A stretch of DNA of 39,709 nt from Acidobacteriota bacterium (lineage in GTDB: Bacteria; Acidobacteriota; Thermoanaerobaculia; Multivoradales; UBA5704). Shown piece by piece: positions 8,810 to 17,664 of the stretch. Both the position numbers and the translations under genes were made by a program. Each line of letters opens with the position of its first letter. The stretch's first letter is position 1. The stretch spans positions 1-39,709 of the forward strand of contig JBDTZG010000050.1 of NCBI GenBank assembly GCA_040005235.1. The letters are read 5' to 3'. Below the pieces are notes generated by a model that was not told the origin of the DNA, ran no database searches, and saw only the letters and a list, made by a program, of their open reading frames with translations.

Positions 8810-10756
8810 CTACCGCCGTCCAAACCGCCGCTCCAGATCCGAGTCGGTCATCTGCAACACGATCGGCCGGCCGTGGGGGCAGGCGTAGGGATTTTCGGCG
8901 GCGAACAGCTCGGCGACCAGGACTTCCATTTCGAGCGGGGCGAGGGGGTGGTGCATTTTGATCGCCGATTTGCAGGAGAGCGTCGCCGCCAGCGCGTCGA
9001 GGATCTGTCGGGCGAGGATTTCGGCGCCTTCTGACCCTTCAAGCTCTCCGCCGCCGATCGCCGACGAGGCGAGCGCGCGGAGGAGTTTTTCTCCTTCGTC
9101 CGCCGACAGAACGGCGGGGAGCGAGGTGAGCCCCACCTCCGAGCCGGACAGCTCGACGATTCCGAAACCGGCTTTCTCAAGCGCCGGGGCCAGCTCCAGC
9201 AAGCGAAGGCGCTCCGCGGCCGACAGCTCCAACAGAATCGGGTGGACCAGGTGCTGGGCCGACCGGCTGGTCGCGGCGAGCGAGCGGCGTAGGCGCTCGA
9301 ACAGAATCCGCTCGTGCGCGACGTGCTGGTCGATCAGGTAGAGCCCTTCCGGCCCTTCGAGCAGGATCAGCGTCCCCTTGTATTGGCCCATCAGGCGGAA
9401 CGGCCGGCGCTCGCCGCTACGGCCGGACAACGGCACGGCGGCACGCTCGGCGATCGGGGCGTAGGCCGCCGTGGCCAGGCGCGTTTCGTCCGGATGGGGC
9501 GGGCTTCCGGAACCCGACACGGAGGGCGTCCACAGCTCGGAAGCCCTCGGCCGTTCGGCGATCTCGGAGCCGGGAGAGCCGGAGGTCCCTGAAGAGGCGT
9601 ACGGCGTCCGGCCGCCGAGCCCTTGCCAAGAGAACTTCCCGAGCGCCGGACCGAAGGGCGACGAAGCCGACGGGGAGAGCTCCCGCAAAGGCGCCGCCTC
9701 TTCCCCGCGCGCCCGTTCGAGACCGCGCCGAAGCGCCCGTTCCACCCGGCCGAGGAATCCGGGATCGCGGAATCGCACCTCCGCCTTCTGCGGGTGGACG
9801 TTCACGTCGACTTCCCCGGGCGGCACGTCGAGAAACAAGAACAGAGCGGGAAAATCCTCGTGCCGCCACTCTTCGCGCACCGCGCGGTAGAACGTCGCGA
9901 GGATCGCCCGGTCGCGCAGCAGGCGCCGGTTGACGAAGATGAAATGGCGACGACCCCGTGCGGTGGCCGGGGTGCCGATCAACCCCGAGATCACCTCCCC
10001 GTCGCGATCATCGCGGCCGTCGACGGTATCCATCAGGGGCACGGCCGGGATTTCCGCCAGCTGGCGGGCGAACGGCTCGCCGAAGATCTGACCGATCCGC
10101 CGCGCGGCGCCGGCCATCCTCGATCCCGCCTCCTCCCCCCCTCCTCCGGTATCTCCCGCCAGCGCATCGAGCAGCGCCCGCCCTTCGTGGAGCACGGTGA
10201 AACGGACGTCGGGCCGGGCGAGCGCATACCCCTGCACCGTCTCCAGCGCGCGGCGCAGCTCGGTGTCCGAGGTCTTTAAAAACTTCCGCCGGGCCGGCAC
10301 GTTCCAGAACAGTGAACGGACTTCGATCGTCGTGCCGCGGGTGCGGGCGAACGGCTCGGCCGCCGTCACCCTCCCCCCTTCGATCGCCACCCGCGTCCCT
10401 TCGCCCGGCCGCTCCGCGGTGGTCAGCACCACGCGGGAGACGGCGCCAATGGTCGCCAGCGCCTCGCCGCGGAAGCCGAGTGTGCCCACCCGCTCCAGGT
10501 CCTCGAAGCTGGCGATCTTGCTCGTCGCATGGCGATCGAACGCGAGCAGCGCGTCGTCGCGGTCCATGCCGCAGCCGTCGTCGGCGATCGTGATCCGCTG
10601 TTTGCCTCCCGACTCCAGCTCGACCCGGATCTCGGTCGCGCGAGCGTCCAGGGCGTTTTCGAGCAGCTCTTTGACCACCGAGGCGGGGCGCTCGACCACC
10701 TCGCCCGCGGCGATCTGCGAGATCAGGGTGTCAGACAGGTGGTGGATTCGCGACAT
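8810..10756 (-). CDS. mutL: DNA mismatch repair endonuclease MutL
   Basis: IAAGEVVERPASVVKELLENALDA, HATSKI, GFRGEAL, DVNVHPQK, endonuclease motif DQHVAHERILFE, SCK and CPHGRP. Start at ATG 10756 or GTG 10762. Confidence 0.97.
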   Translation of the reverse strand: MSRIHHLSDTLISQIAAGEVVERPASVVKELLENALDARATEIRVELESGGKQRITIADDGCGMDRDDALLAFDRHATSKIASFEDLERVGTLGFRGEALATIGAVSRVVLTTAERPGEGTRVAIEGGRVTAAEPFARTRGTTIEVRSLFWNVPARRKFLKTSDTELRRALETVQGYALARPDVRFTVLHEGRALLDALAGDTGGGGEEAGSRMAGAARRIGQIFGEPFARQLAEIPAVPLMDTVDGRDDRDGEVISGLIGTPATARGRRHFIFVNRRLLRDRAILATFYRAVREEWRHEDFPALFLFLDVPPGEVDVNVHPQKAEVRFRDPGFLGRVERALRRGLERARGEEAAPLRELSPSASSPFGPALGKFSWQGLGGRTPYASSGTSGSPGSEIAERPRASELWTPSVSGSGSPPHPDETRLATAAYAPIAERAAVPLSGRSGERRPFRLMGQYKGTLILLEGPEGLYLIDQHVAHERILFERLRRSLAATSRSAQHLVHPILLELSAAERLRLLELAPALEKAGFGIVELSGSEVGLTSLPAVLSADEGEKLLRALASSAIGGGELEGSEGAEILARQILDALAATLSCKSAIKMHHPLAPLEMEVLVAELFAAENPYACPHGRPIVLQMTDSDLERRFGRR

Positions 10757-11699
10757 TTCCACCAGATTCTCGCACGGCCGACCCGTCTCGACGGTCTTTG
10801 ATCAGGGAGGCGACGATCGAGATCGTCAAAACGCCCGCGATCACCCCGAGCGACAGCGGCGTCGGAATCTTCCACAGGTCGACCAGGGTCATCTTGATCC
10901 CGACGAAGGAGAGAACCGCCGCCAGGCCGAGCTTCAAATAGACGAACTTGCCCATCACTCCGGCAAGCACGAAGTAGAGCGAGCGCAGGCCCAGGATCGC
11001 GCAGACGTTCGAGGTGTAGACCAGGAACGGATCGCGGGTGACGGCGAAGATCGCCGGAATCGAATCGACCGCGAAGATCAAATCGGTGCTCTCGACCAGC
11101 AGCAGCACCAGGAACAGCGGCGTCGCGAACCGCTTGCCGTTTTCGCGGACGAAGAAGCTCTTTCCCCGGTAGTCCTGGGTGACCGGCACGAACCGGCGGG
11201 CCAGGCGGAGCAAGGGATTCTTTTCCGGGTGGATCTCCTCGTCGCCGGAAAACGCCATCTTCACCCCGGTGAAGATCAGGAAGGCTCCGAAGAGGTAGAT
11301 GATCCAGTGGAACCGCTCGATCAGCGCCGCGCCCGCGAAGATGAAGATCGCACGCAGGACGAGCGCGCCGAGGATGCCCCAGAACAGCACCCGGTGATGG
11401 AACTTCTCGGGCACCCGGAAGTAGCTGAAGATCAGGGCGATGACGAAGATGTTGTCGATCGAGAGCGACTTCTCGATCAGGTAGCCGGTGAAGAATTCGA
11501 GCCCGGCCTGCGGCCCTCGGGCGTGCCAAATCCAGGCATTGAACAAGAGCGACAGGCCGATCCAGACGCCGCTCCAAATCGCGGCCTCCTTGACCGAAAC
11601 CGCGTGGGCTTTCCGATGGAAGACGCCGAGGTCGAGCGCGAGCATCGCGAGAACCGCGGCATTGAAGCCGACCCAGAGCCAGAGGGGGGTGTCGAACAT
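10731..11699 (-). CDS. alx: TerC family membrane protein (Alx/Mn-homeostasis subgroup)
   Basis: EFFTGYLIEKSLSIDNIFV, HRVLFWGILGALVLR, DLIFAVDSIPAI and FLVYTSNVCAILGLRSLYF; riboswitch upstream. Confidence 0.92.
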   Translation of the reverse strand: MFDTPLWLWVGFNAAVLAMLALDLGVFHRKAHAVSVKEAAIWSGVWIGLSLLFNAWIWHARGPQAGLEFFTGYLIEKSLSIDNIFVIALIFSYFRVPEKFHHRVLFWGILGALVLRAIFIFAGAALIERFHWIIYLFGAFLIFTGVKMAFSGDEEIHPEKNPLLRLARRFVPVTQDYRGKSFFVRENGKRFATPLFLVLLLVESTDLIFAVDSIPAIFAVTRDPFLVYTSNVCAILGLRSLYFVLAGVMGKFVYLKLGLAAVLSFVGIKMTLVDLWKIPTPLSLGVIAGVLTISIVASLIKDRRDGSAVRESGGNVANPPPV

Positions 11700-11769
11700 G
11701 GTGCCGATCTCCTAAAGATCGGCCGTGGGTCTTGGGTGCGAGACGCCACGGCACGAAGGTTCGTGTCGT

Positions 11770-11899
11770 GGTGGTCTCGCCGTAGCGCTTCGACCTGAGA
11801 CCCGCAAGCGCTCGCAAACGGCCGGGAGCTACTGAAACTTCAAGCTCCGTGTTGACGACCGCCTGCCCCGAACGAGGGTTCGGGTGGCTACTCCCCACC
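11770..11899 (-). ncRNA. yybP-ykoY (Mn2+-sensing) riboswitch aptamer
   Basis: Minus strand reads GGTGGGGAGTAGCC...CGTCAACACGG...GGCGAGACCACC, matching the GGGGAGUAG, CGUCAaCA and GGCRAGACC elements with P1 GGTGG/CCACC, directly upstream of a TerC gene (the canonical context). Confidence 0.88.
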
Positions 11900-11966
11900 G
11901 GGGACCTGGGCCGCGAGACGCGGCCGCAGTTTGATGCTGCCCCGGGGAACAATCCGATCGGGAGGT

Positions 11967-12581
11967 TCATTCCGGGAGATCGCCGCCCGAGTGGAGCTTG
12001 AAACCCTCACGTGCGACGGCCAGTGCCGCGGGGTAGGTCGCTTCCAATCGGTTCATCAGATCGGGGCGCCAGCCGAGTGTGCCGAAGAGGTCTCGCAAGA
12101 GGCGCTCCCAAGGCACGACTCTAAAGCCCGATGTCAGCCGAACGGCCGGGATCTCCCCGGTCTTGTCGTCCATCGGATGGATGAGCAGCGAGGCCGGCCG
12201 AGGAGCCACTGGATCGATGCTGATCGCCTCGCCGGTCGGCGGGCCAACCTGCCCCGCCGCGACCAGCTCCCCGAGCACCGCAACCGGAAGGTACGCCATC
12301 AGGTCACCGGAACGAGAGATCCCCGAAGCGCCGACCTGGCGAGCCGCCGTATCCAAGGTCCAGATCGCCTCGGTACGAAGCGCCTCGAGCACCTCGGAAG
12401 CAGGTACCCAGAGGGGGGCTCGCAGCGAACGTCCCGCGAGAACGAACGGGAAAGGGACGATCGCCAGATCGCGCCGGAACCGCTCATGCGAACGACGAAA
12501 CAGGCTCCGCTGGCGATAGGCCACGAGATCGCGCTGATGGCGCCGGAAGCGCTCGGCAGTTGAAAGGACGGGCCGGGTCAT
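11967..12581 (-). CDS. Hypothetical protein, AbiEi-like antitoxin C-terminal domain candidate
   Basis: WTLDTAA...DLMAYLP...FRVVPWERLLRDL resembles AbiEi C-terminal motifs; overlaps the upstream gene's stop by 4 nt. Confidence 0.45.
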   Translation of the reverse strand: MTRPVLSTAERFRRHQRDLVAYRQRSLFRRSHERFRRDLAIVPFPFVLAGRSLRAPLWVPASEVLEALRTEAIWTLDTAARQVGASGISRSGDLMAYLPVAVLGELVAAGQVGPPTGEAISIDPVAPRPASLLIHPMDDKTGEIPAVRLTSGFRVVPWERLLRDLFGTLGWRPDLMNRLEATYPAALAVAREGFKLHSGGDLPE

Positions 12582-13330
12582 TCAGACCTCTCCGCAGGAT
12601 TCTGCGCGAGCAGAATCGCCAATCCACGTTCGATGGCGCGCCGGAAATCGGCGTAACCCGCCTCTTGGTGGCTGAGGCGCTCCATGTCGTTTGTCAGCGA
12701 CATGGAGGAGGCTTGCGCATCGGCAACCGCATCCTCGACTCGATCCGGCTCGAACCGCCGAAGGAGCCCTGCGAAGTCCGCCAGAAACCCAGGAGTCGTG
12801 GCGTGCTCTTCGATCAACAAGAGTCCCTGGAGTTTGTCCTTGCTCCCTTTCTCAATTCGAATGGTCAGCAGCTTCGCGGCTGCGAGAGCTGCAGGCGATA
12901 GCGCCAGTCCGCCTCCCGGGACAGAGACGACGGCGCCCGGTGAGGCGAGAAGGGTGCTCAAGTCGGCGAAAACCATCACCGGCATCCGCGCGCCACCACC
13001 GATTCGATCGATTCGATCGACCGCTGAGAAGCCCACGAGATCGAGTGACATTCCCGCCGGTCCAATGAACGTCGGACTTCCCGGCAGGTGAGAGAAGCCT
13101 AGGGTTTGAAAGACCGTCAGCAGCTCGTCTTCGTGACCCGCGACCCAATCCGCATCGACCACGACATCCACGTCCTCCGTGAAGGCCGGGAGCGTCTCGC
13201 TCGCCGAAAACATCCCTGAGGAACCCGCCAGGATCAGCCGCTCGCCGAGGGAACTTGCCGCGATTCGAGCCAGCAGTCCGAGCACCTCTCCGCGATCTGG
13301 GGAGGACGGAGGATCGAGAGGGCCGCTCAC
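12578..13330 (-). CDS. Nucleotidyltransferase, AbiEii/AbiGii-like
   Basis: LILAGSSG...TEDVDVVVD (G[GS]...DxD pol-beta motif), LDL, then LAAAKL...KDK. Confidence 0.6.
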   Translation of the reverse strand: MSGPLDPPSSPDRGEVLGLLARIAASSLGERLILAGSSGMFSASETLPAFTEDVDVVVDADWVAGHEDELLTVFQTLGFSHLPGSPTFIGPAGMSLDLVGFSAVDRIDRIGGGARMPVMVFADLSTLLASPGAVVSVPGGGLALSPAALAAAKLLTIRIEKGSKDKLQGLLLIEEHATTPGFLADFAGLLRRFEPDRVEDAVADAQASSMSLTNDMERLSHQEAGYADFRRAIERGLAILLAQNPAERSE

Positions 13331-13387
13331 CTGTCGATCGTACGCACCTTGTTCGCCTCGAGCAAATCCAGCCCGCGGCAGTTTCGC

Positions 13388-14257
13388 CTACCCCACCACC
13401 GCCAGCGCCCCGGGCAAAACCTCCAGCTCCACCCGGTCGCCGGGTGCCATCGGGCGGACCGGCTCGCCTCCTCCGTAGAGGTACATCGAACGGTCGATCG
13501 ACAGAACCGCGCGGCGGGTGCGGAGGATCTCGACCGCCGGGTGCCCGACGTGCTTTCCGGAGTAGACCTTGGGGAAAACCCGCAGCAGGTTGACCTTCGA
13601 GATCTCGCGCACGATCACCAGGTCGAGCAGGCCGTCGTCGATCGAAGCATCGGGCGCGATCCGCATGCCGCCGCCGAAGCGGGGCAGGTTGGCGGCGACC
13701 GCGAACATCGCCTTCCCTTCGAATACCCCGCCGTCGTGCTCCACCCGCAGGTTGGGCGGCTTGAAGGTGGCGAGCGTCTTGATCACCGACCAGACGTAGA
13801 TCAGCGGCCCGCGCAGGTGCTTGACCTGGTTCGCCGTCCGGGTGACCTCGCTGTCGAAACCGACCCCGAGGTAGCTCACGCTGAACATCGGCCCGACCCG
13901 GATCAGGTCGATCTTCCGGATCGGCCCCGTGATCGCGCGCTCGACCGCCTCGTCGAGCTTGGCAGGTACCCCCAAGCTTCCCGCAAGATCGTTGCCACTG
14001 CCGAGCGGCACGACCCCCAGCGCGCAGTCCGAGCCCGCAAGCCCTTGGAGAGCGAAGTGCATCGTGCCGTCGCCCCCCACCACGATCAACCGCTCCACCC
14101 CGTCTTGCGCCGCGCGGTACGCCTGCATCGGCAGATCGGACGCCGTGCGCGACACGGCGAGCCCCGCGCCGTACTTGGAGGCGAGGATTCGCAGGCGGTC
14201 GAGGTGCCGAGCCCCCGCGCCGCGCCCCGACGAGGGATTGACGAGAAATCGAATCAT
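13388..14257 (-). CDS. Diacylglycerol kinase family lipid kinase (YegS/BmrU-like)
   Basis: VNPSSGRG, VVGGDGT, PLGSGNDLA, GVGFD, FGGG and DDGLLD. Confidence 0.93.
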   Translation of the reverse strand: MIRFLVNPSSGRGAGARHLDRLRILASKYGAGLAVSRTASDLPMQAYRAAQDGVERLIVVGGDGTMHFALQGLAGSDCALGVVPLGSGNDLAGSLGVPAKLDEAVERAITGPIRKIDLIRVGPMFSVSYLGVGFDSEVTRTANQVKHLRGPLIYVWSVIKTLATFKPPNLRVEHDGGVFEGKAMFAVAANLPRFGGGMRIAPDASIDDGLLDLVIVREISKVNLLRVFPKVYSGKHVGHPAVEILRTRRAVLSIDRSMYLYGGGEPVRPMAPGDRVELEVLPGALAVVG

Positions 14258-14343
14258 GGAAAAGTGGCCGGGATCTTACTGCGGAACGGGACCCGGCCGG
14301 CCGTCATTGCACAGAGCAGCGTTCGCGTCTAATCTCGGCCCCC

Positions 14344-14670
14344 ATGCCGCACCCCGAGATCCAAATCCTCGTCTGCCTGAACGAACGCCCCGAAGGCAGC
14401 CCGAAACCGAGCTGTGCCCCGAAGGGGGCGCTCGCCGTCTACCACCGCTTCAAAGACCGGGTGAAAGAGCTGGGCATCCGCGACCAGGTGATGGTCGTCC
14501 GCACCGGCTGTCTCAAACATTGCAGCCAGGGCATCACCGTCGCGATCTGGCCCTTGAATCTCTGGTACCGCGCCGTCACCCTCGACGACGTCGAGGAGAT
14601 TCTCCAGCAAAGCGTGATCGAACGGCGCGAGGTCGAGCGGCTGCGAATGCCGGACATTCCCTGGGAGTAG
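14344..14670 (+). CDS. Thioredoxin-like [2Fe-2S] ferredoxin
   Basis: ILVCLNERP...SC...TGCLKHCSQG...WY..VT..DV.EI, with four Cys in the Aquifex-type spacing. Confidence 0.9.
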   Translation: MPHPEIQILVCLNERPEGSPKPSCAPKGALAVYHRFKDRVKELGIRDQVMVVRTGCLKHCSQGITVAIWPLNLWYRAVTLDDVEEILQQSVIERREVERLRMPDIPWE

Positions 14671-14686
14671 GGGCCTCTTTTCGCGC

Positions 14687-15100
14687 CTATTTCGCCCAAG
14701 GCGGCGGGCCGAGCAAGTTTTCGAGGCTCGCCAGCTCTCGTTCGAGATGCTTGGCCAAGCGCAAGGATCGTCGATGAATCTCTTGATCGTCGGTCTCCTC
14801 GATCTCGTCCGCGGCTGGGGCTACGTTTTCCCGTAGCGCGAGCCTCCCCTGCTGAAGGTCGGCGAGGATCGCGCGAAGGTGTGCCCGAAAGCGCGTTTCG
14901 CCGTATCCGAGGTCGGCGGTCACCTCTTCCAATACTTGGTCCGCCACCGCTTCGCAGAGCGCGATGACTTGCTCGCGAAGGGCCGGCGGAGTGAAGTGGA
15001 ACAGGACGGCTTCGCGAAACGGCGCAAGGTCGCGCCAGCGGCGTCCTCTCACCACCTGGAGATCGAGAAACAGCCGCACCCTCGTGACCTCGATCTTCAT
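14687..15100 (-). CDS. Hypothetical helical protein (137 aa)
   Basis: ATG 15100 with GGGGAG upstream, overlapping the stop of the preceding gene (ATGA coupling); forms the C-terminal part of track ORF 14687..15742. Confidence 0.6.
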   Translation of the reverse strand: MKIEVTRVRLFLDLQVVRGRRWRDLAPFREAVLFHFTPPALREQVIALCEAVADQVLEEVTADLGYGETRFRAHLRAILADLQQGRLALRENVAPAADEIEETDDQEIHRRSLRLAKHLERELASLENLLGPPPWAK

Positions 15101-15537
15101 CCGGGCACACTCCCCCTGTGTCGCCCGAGGCGTCGCTCTTGGACCAGGCCGAGGAACGCCTCCCGATTTTCGTTGCCTTTCGTGACCAGCGCGGCGTAAA
15201 TCCGCAGGTTCAGACCCGCGCCTTCGGGAAGGGGTTTGATCGCCAAAAGCGCGAGCAGCCGGGCGGCCAGCTCCGGAAGGATTACCCCTCGCCCCTGGCG
15301 CAGCAACACGGCCCCCAGCTCCAGGTAGGCGTCTGCCGCTTCCAGCGCGTCGCCGGTCGATCGCCAGGTTCCCGCGGCCCGGCCGAACCACCTCGCGGCA
15401 TCTTCGAGATTCCCCTGGTCGCGCGCGTTTTCGCCGCGGGCGAAGATCTCTTCCGCCCCCTTTCGTAGGTCGCTGGAGGGCGGCGCAGAGGGCACGGGCG
15501 GACAGCCGTTGTGCCCGAGAGCAAAAGGAGTCGTCAT
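15097..15537 (-). CDS. Small stand-alone TPR protein resembling the C-terminal TPR/cap of the adjacent XRE-TPR regulator
   Basis: Gap-free alignment by eye: EAADAYLELGAVLLRQG...ELAARLLALL vs DAALAALELAALHLDQG...ELAAEVEPLL in 15702..17177. Start codon uncertain. Confidence 0.6.
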   Translation of the reverse strand: MTTPFALGHNGCPPVPSAPPSSDLRKGAEEIFARGENARDQGNLEDAARWFGRAAGTWRSTGDALEAADAYLELGAVLLRQGRGVILPELAARLLALLAIKPLPEGAGLNLRIYAALVTKGNENREAFLGLVQERRLGRHRGSVPG

Positions 15538-15701
15538 CCCGAGCCAGGCTACGGGAATCTGCGCCGTTGGCGGCTCGAAAACTCGGCAATCCCTTGAATC
15601 TGGGAGTCCGGATCGATATTTCCCCTTCGCGCGATCTCGTGCCCCTCTTGCTGTCGCGAATGGTGTAACCTCGGTACCAAAAGCACTTGCGGAGACCACG
15701 G

Positions 15702-17177
15702 ATGTCGAAATCGAAGGACGATCGCTTCCCGTCGCTTGGCATTGCGCTCTATTACCTGCGCAAAACGGCCTCGGTGTCGCGAGAGGACTTCGGTCGCCCC
15801 TTCGGGCTGTCGTCGAAGACCATCTCGGAGTACGAATCAGGCCACCGCAGACTCTCCCCCGCGCGCGCCGAGCAGTTGATCGAACCTCACGGGTTCGGGC
15901 CGCGCGATCTCGACGAGATCCTCTCCGACATCGAAACCCGGCGGGGCGTGATCTCCCCGGAAGGAACGATCCCGCTGCCGCCGGAGGAGCTTCAAATCCT
16001 CGCCCGCGAGCAGCGCGAGCTTTCCGCCTTCATGGGTTCAGAGCTGGGGCGACTTCGCCGACGGGCACGCGCCCGGGCAGATCACATCACCGCGGGCGAG
16101 CTGTTCGAGCACTTGGCGACCTGTACTCCCGAAGAGAGGCGGCTCTTCGTGACTCGCGCCGAGAAGTACCGGCTGTGGGCGTTGTCCGTCCGATTCGGAG
16201 AAGAGAGCACGAAGGCCGCACCGGACAGCGCCTCGCGGGCGGTCGAGTACGCGATGCTCTCGCTGCGTATCGCCAACCTCGCCCCGGCGAGCCCCCGGTT
16301 TCGGGTGCTGCTGCGCGGCCAGGCGTGGGCGTTTTTGGCGAACGCCCGGCGGGTTTCAGGCTACCTGCCGAGGGCCGACAAGGGATTCGCCCGCTCGGCC
16401 AGACTCTGCCAGGAAGGGGAAGGGGGCGATCCCGATCATCTGCTCGATCACTCCCGGCGGCTCGATCTCGAAGCCTCGTTGCGCTTGCAGCAGAACCGGC
16501 TCGAAGAAGCGCTCTCGCTACTCGATCGAGCGCTCGCTGCTGGTGCGATGGGCGGGGCGGCGGGGCGACTCCTACTCATCAAGGCGTTCGCATTCGAGCA
16601 GTGCGGCAAGCCTGAAGCGGCGCTCAAAATGCTCGAACGGGTCGAAGGCCACCTCGGAACTGACACTGACAAGCGCCTGGTCTGGGTCCTTCGCCTAAAC
16701 CAGGCTGTTTGCTTCTGCCACCTGAATCGCTTCGAGGAGGCAGCCAACCTTGTACCAGTCGTCCGCGCTCTCGCAATCGAGCTACGGAACGAACTCGATC
16801 TCGTGCGAGTGCTCTGGATGGAAGCACGAACGTTCGCTGGTCTCGGCCGAGTTGAGGAGGCCATATCGTCGCTCAGCCAGGTGCGCAGAAACCTCGTTGC
16901 GGAAGGAATCAGCTTCGACGCGGCTCTGGCCGCCCTAGAACTTGCGGCTCTTCATCTCGACCAGGGGAACCCCCACGCCGCTCGTGAACTTGCGGCAGAA
17001 GTCGAACCGCTCCTCCGCGTCCAGCAGGTTCCCCGCGATCTAATTGCGTCTCTTTTTCTGTTCGTCCAAGCGTTGGAGCAGGAGACCGCGACAGCCGCTA
17101 CGGCCCGTAAGCTACTGAGGGTGTTCGAACACCGAGGGCCGATCGATTCGACATCCTGGGCGAAAGAACACCGATGA
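15702..17177 (+). CDS. XRE-family HTH + TPR transcriptional regulator (RRNPP-like architecture)
   Basis: LYYLRKTASVSREDFGRPFGLSSKTISEYESGHRR is an XRE HTH. Multiple TPR-like helices follow (LANARRVSG..A, LRLQQNRLEEAL, LNRFEEA, GLGRVEEA). GGAG RBS before ATG 15702. Confidence 0.85.
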   Translation: MSKSKDDRFPSLGIALYYLRKTASVSREDFGRPFGLSSKTISEYESGHRRLSPARAEQLIEPHGFGPRDLDEILSDIETRRGVISPEGTIPLPPEELQILAREQRELSAFMGSELGRLRRRARARADHITAGELFEHLATCTPEERRLFVTRAEKYRLWALSVRFGEESTKAAPDSASRAVEYAMLSLRIANLAPASPRFRVLLRGQAWAFLANARRVSGYLPRADKGFARSARLCQEGEGGDPDHLLDHSRRLDLEASLRLQQNRLEEALSLLDRALAAGAMGGAAGRLLLIKAFAFEQCGKPEAALKMLERVEGHLGTDTDKRLVWVLRLNQAVCFCHLNRFEEAANLVPVVRALAIELRNELDLVRVLWMEARTFAGLGRVEEAISSLSQVRRNLVAEGISFDAALAALELAALHLDQGNPHAARELAAEVEPLLRVQQVPRDLIASLFLFVQALEQETATAATARKLLRVFEHRGPIDSTSWAKEHR

Positions 17178-17259
17178 ATCCTTCGCCGACACTAGAGACA
17201 ACGCAGGATTCCCACCATCTTCGTTTCCTGCTGAGCGGAGGCGAAGGAATGAGAGACCC

Positions 17260-17508
17260 TTATTGCTTGCAGCCCCCGTTCGGATCGGCGCCGCAACCGT
17301 TCTCGGTCGGAGCGGGGGCCGCGCCGCAGTGCCCATCCGAAATGACACCGCAGCCGTTCTCGGCCCAGAGAGCCGAAATAAAACCCCGGATCCACCCGCC
17401 AAAATCCCATCTTACGGGGACCGCAGAAGCCGGCGCGGCGGCGAGAAACAGGGCAATAACCACGGCGGCGGCGGGCAGGATGGATCGATGGGAACGCATC
17501 GTAGACAT
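17260..17508 (-). CDS. Small secreted precursor peptide (82 aa) with two Cys-containing core repeats
   Basis: RBS GGGAGA upstream; Sec signal ending APASA; amphipathic WDFGGWIRGFISALW; cores ENGCGVISDGHC and ENGCGADPNGGC separated by a GAAPAPT linker. Confidence 0.78.
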   Translation of the reverse strand: MSTMRSHRSILPAAAVVIALFLAAAPASAVPVRWDFGGWIRGFISALWAENGCGVISDGHCGAAPAPTENGCGADPNGGCKQ

Positions 17509-17593
17509 CGAAAATCTCCCTTTCCGGGGCGCTGGCCGCGCCGGCCGGAACGGTCGGCGTCTGCGCCCTGGCGGGGAGTATGGTGCTGCAAAT

Positions 17594-17636
17594 AGGGGAA
17601 ATCTCCCCTCGAAACACCTAGTTTTTAGGTATTTCG
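17594..17636. promoter_or_regulatory. Two abutting inverted repeats in the divergent intergenic region (candidate operators)
   Basis: AGGGGA-aatc-TCCCCT (17594-17609) and CGAAACACCTA-gtttt-TAGGTATTTCG (17610-17636, 10/11 arm match). Confidence 0.55.
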
Positions 17637-17664
17637 CTCACCGGCGCGGCGTAGACGAGGCGGC

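Noticed and set aside
17179-17248. Intrinsic terminator between regulator 1 and the peptide gene
   Set aside because: The inverted repeat TCCTTCGCC/GGCGAAGGA has a ~50-nt interior and no U-tract, so it is not called.
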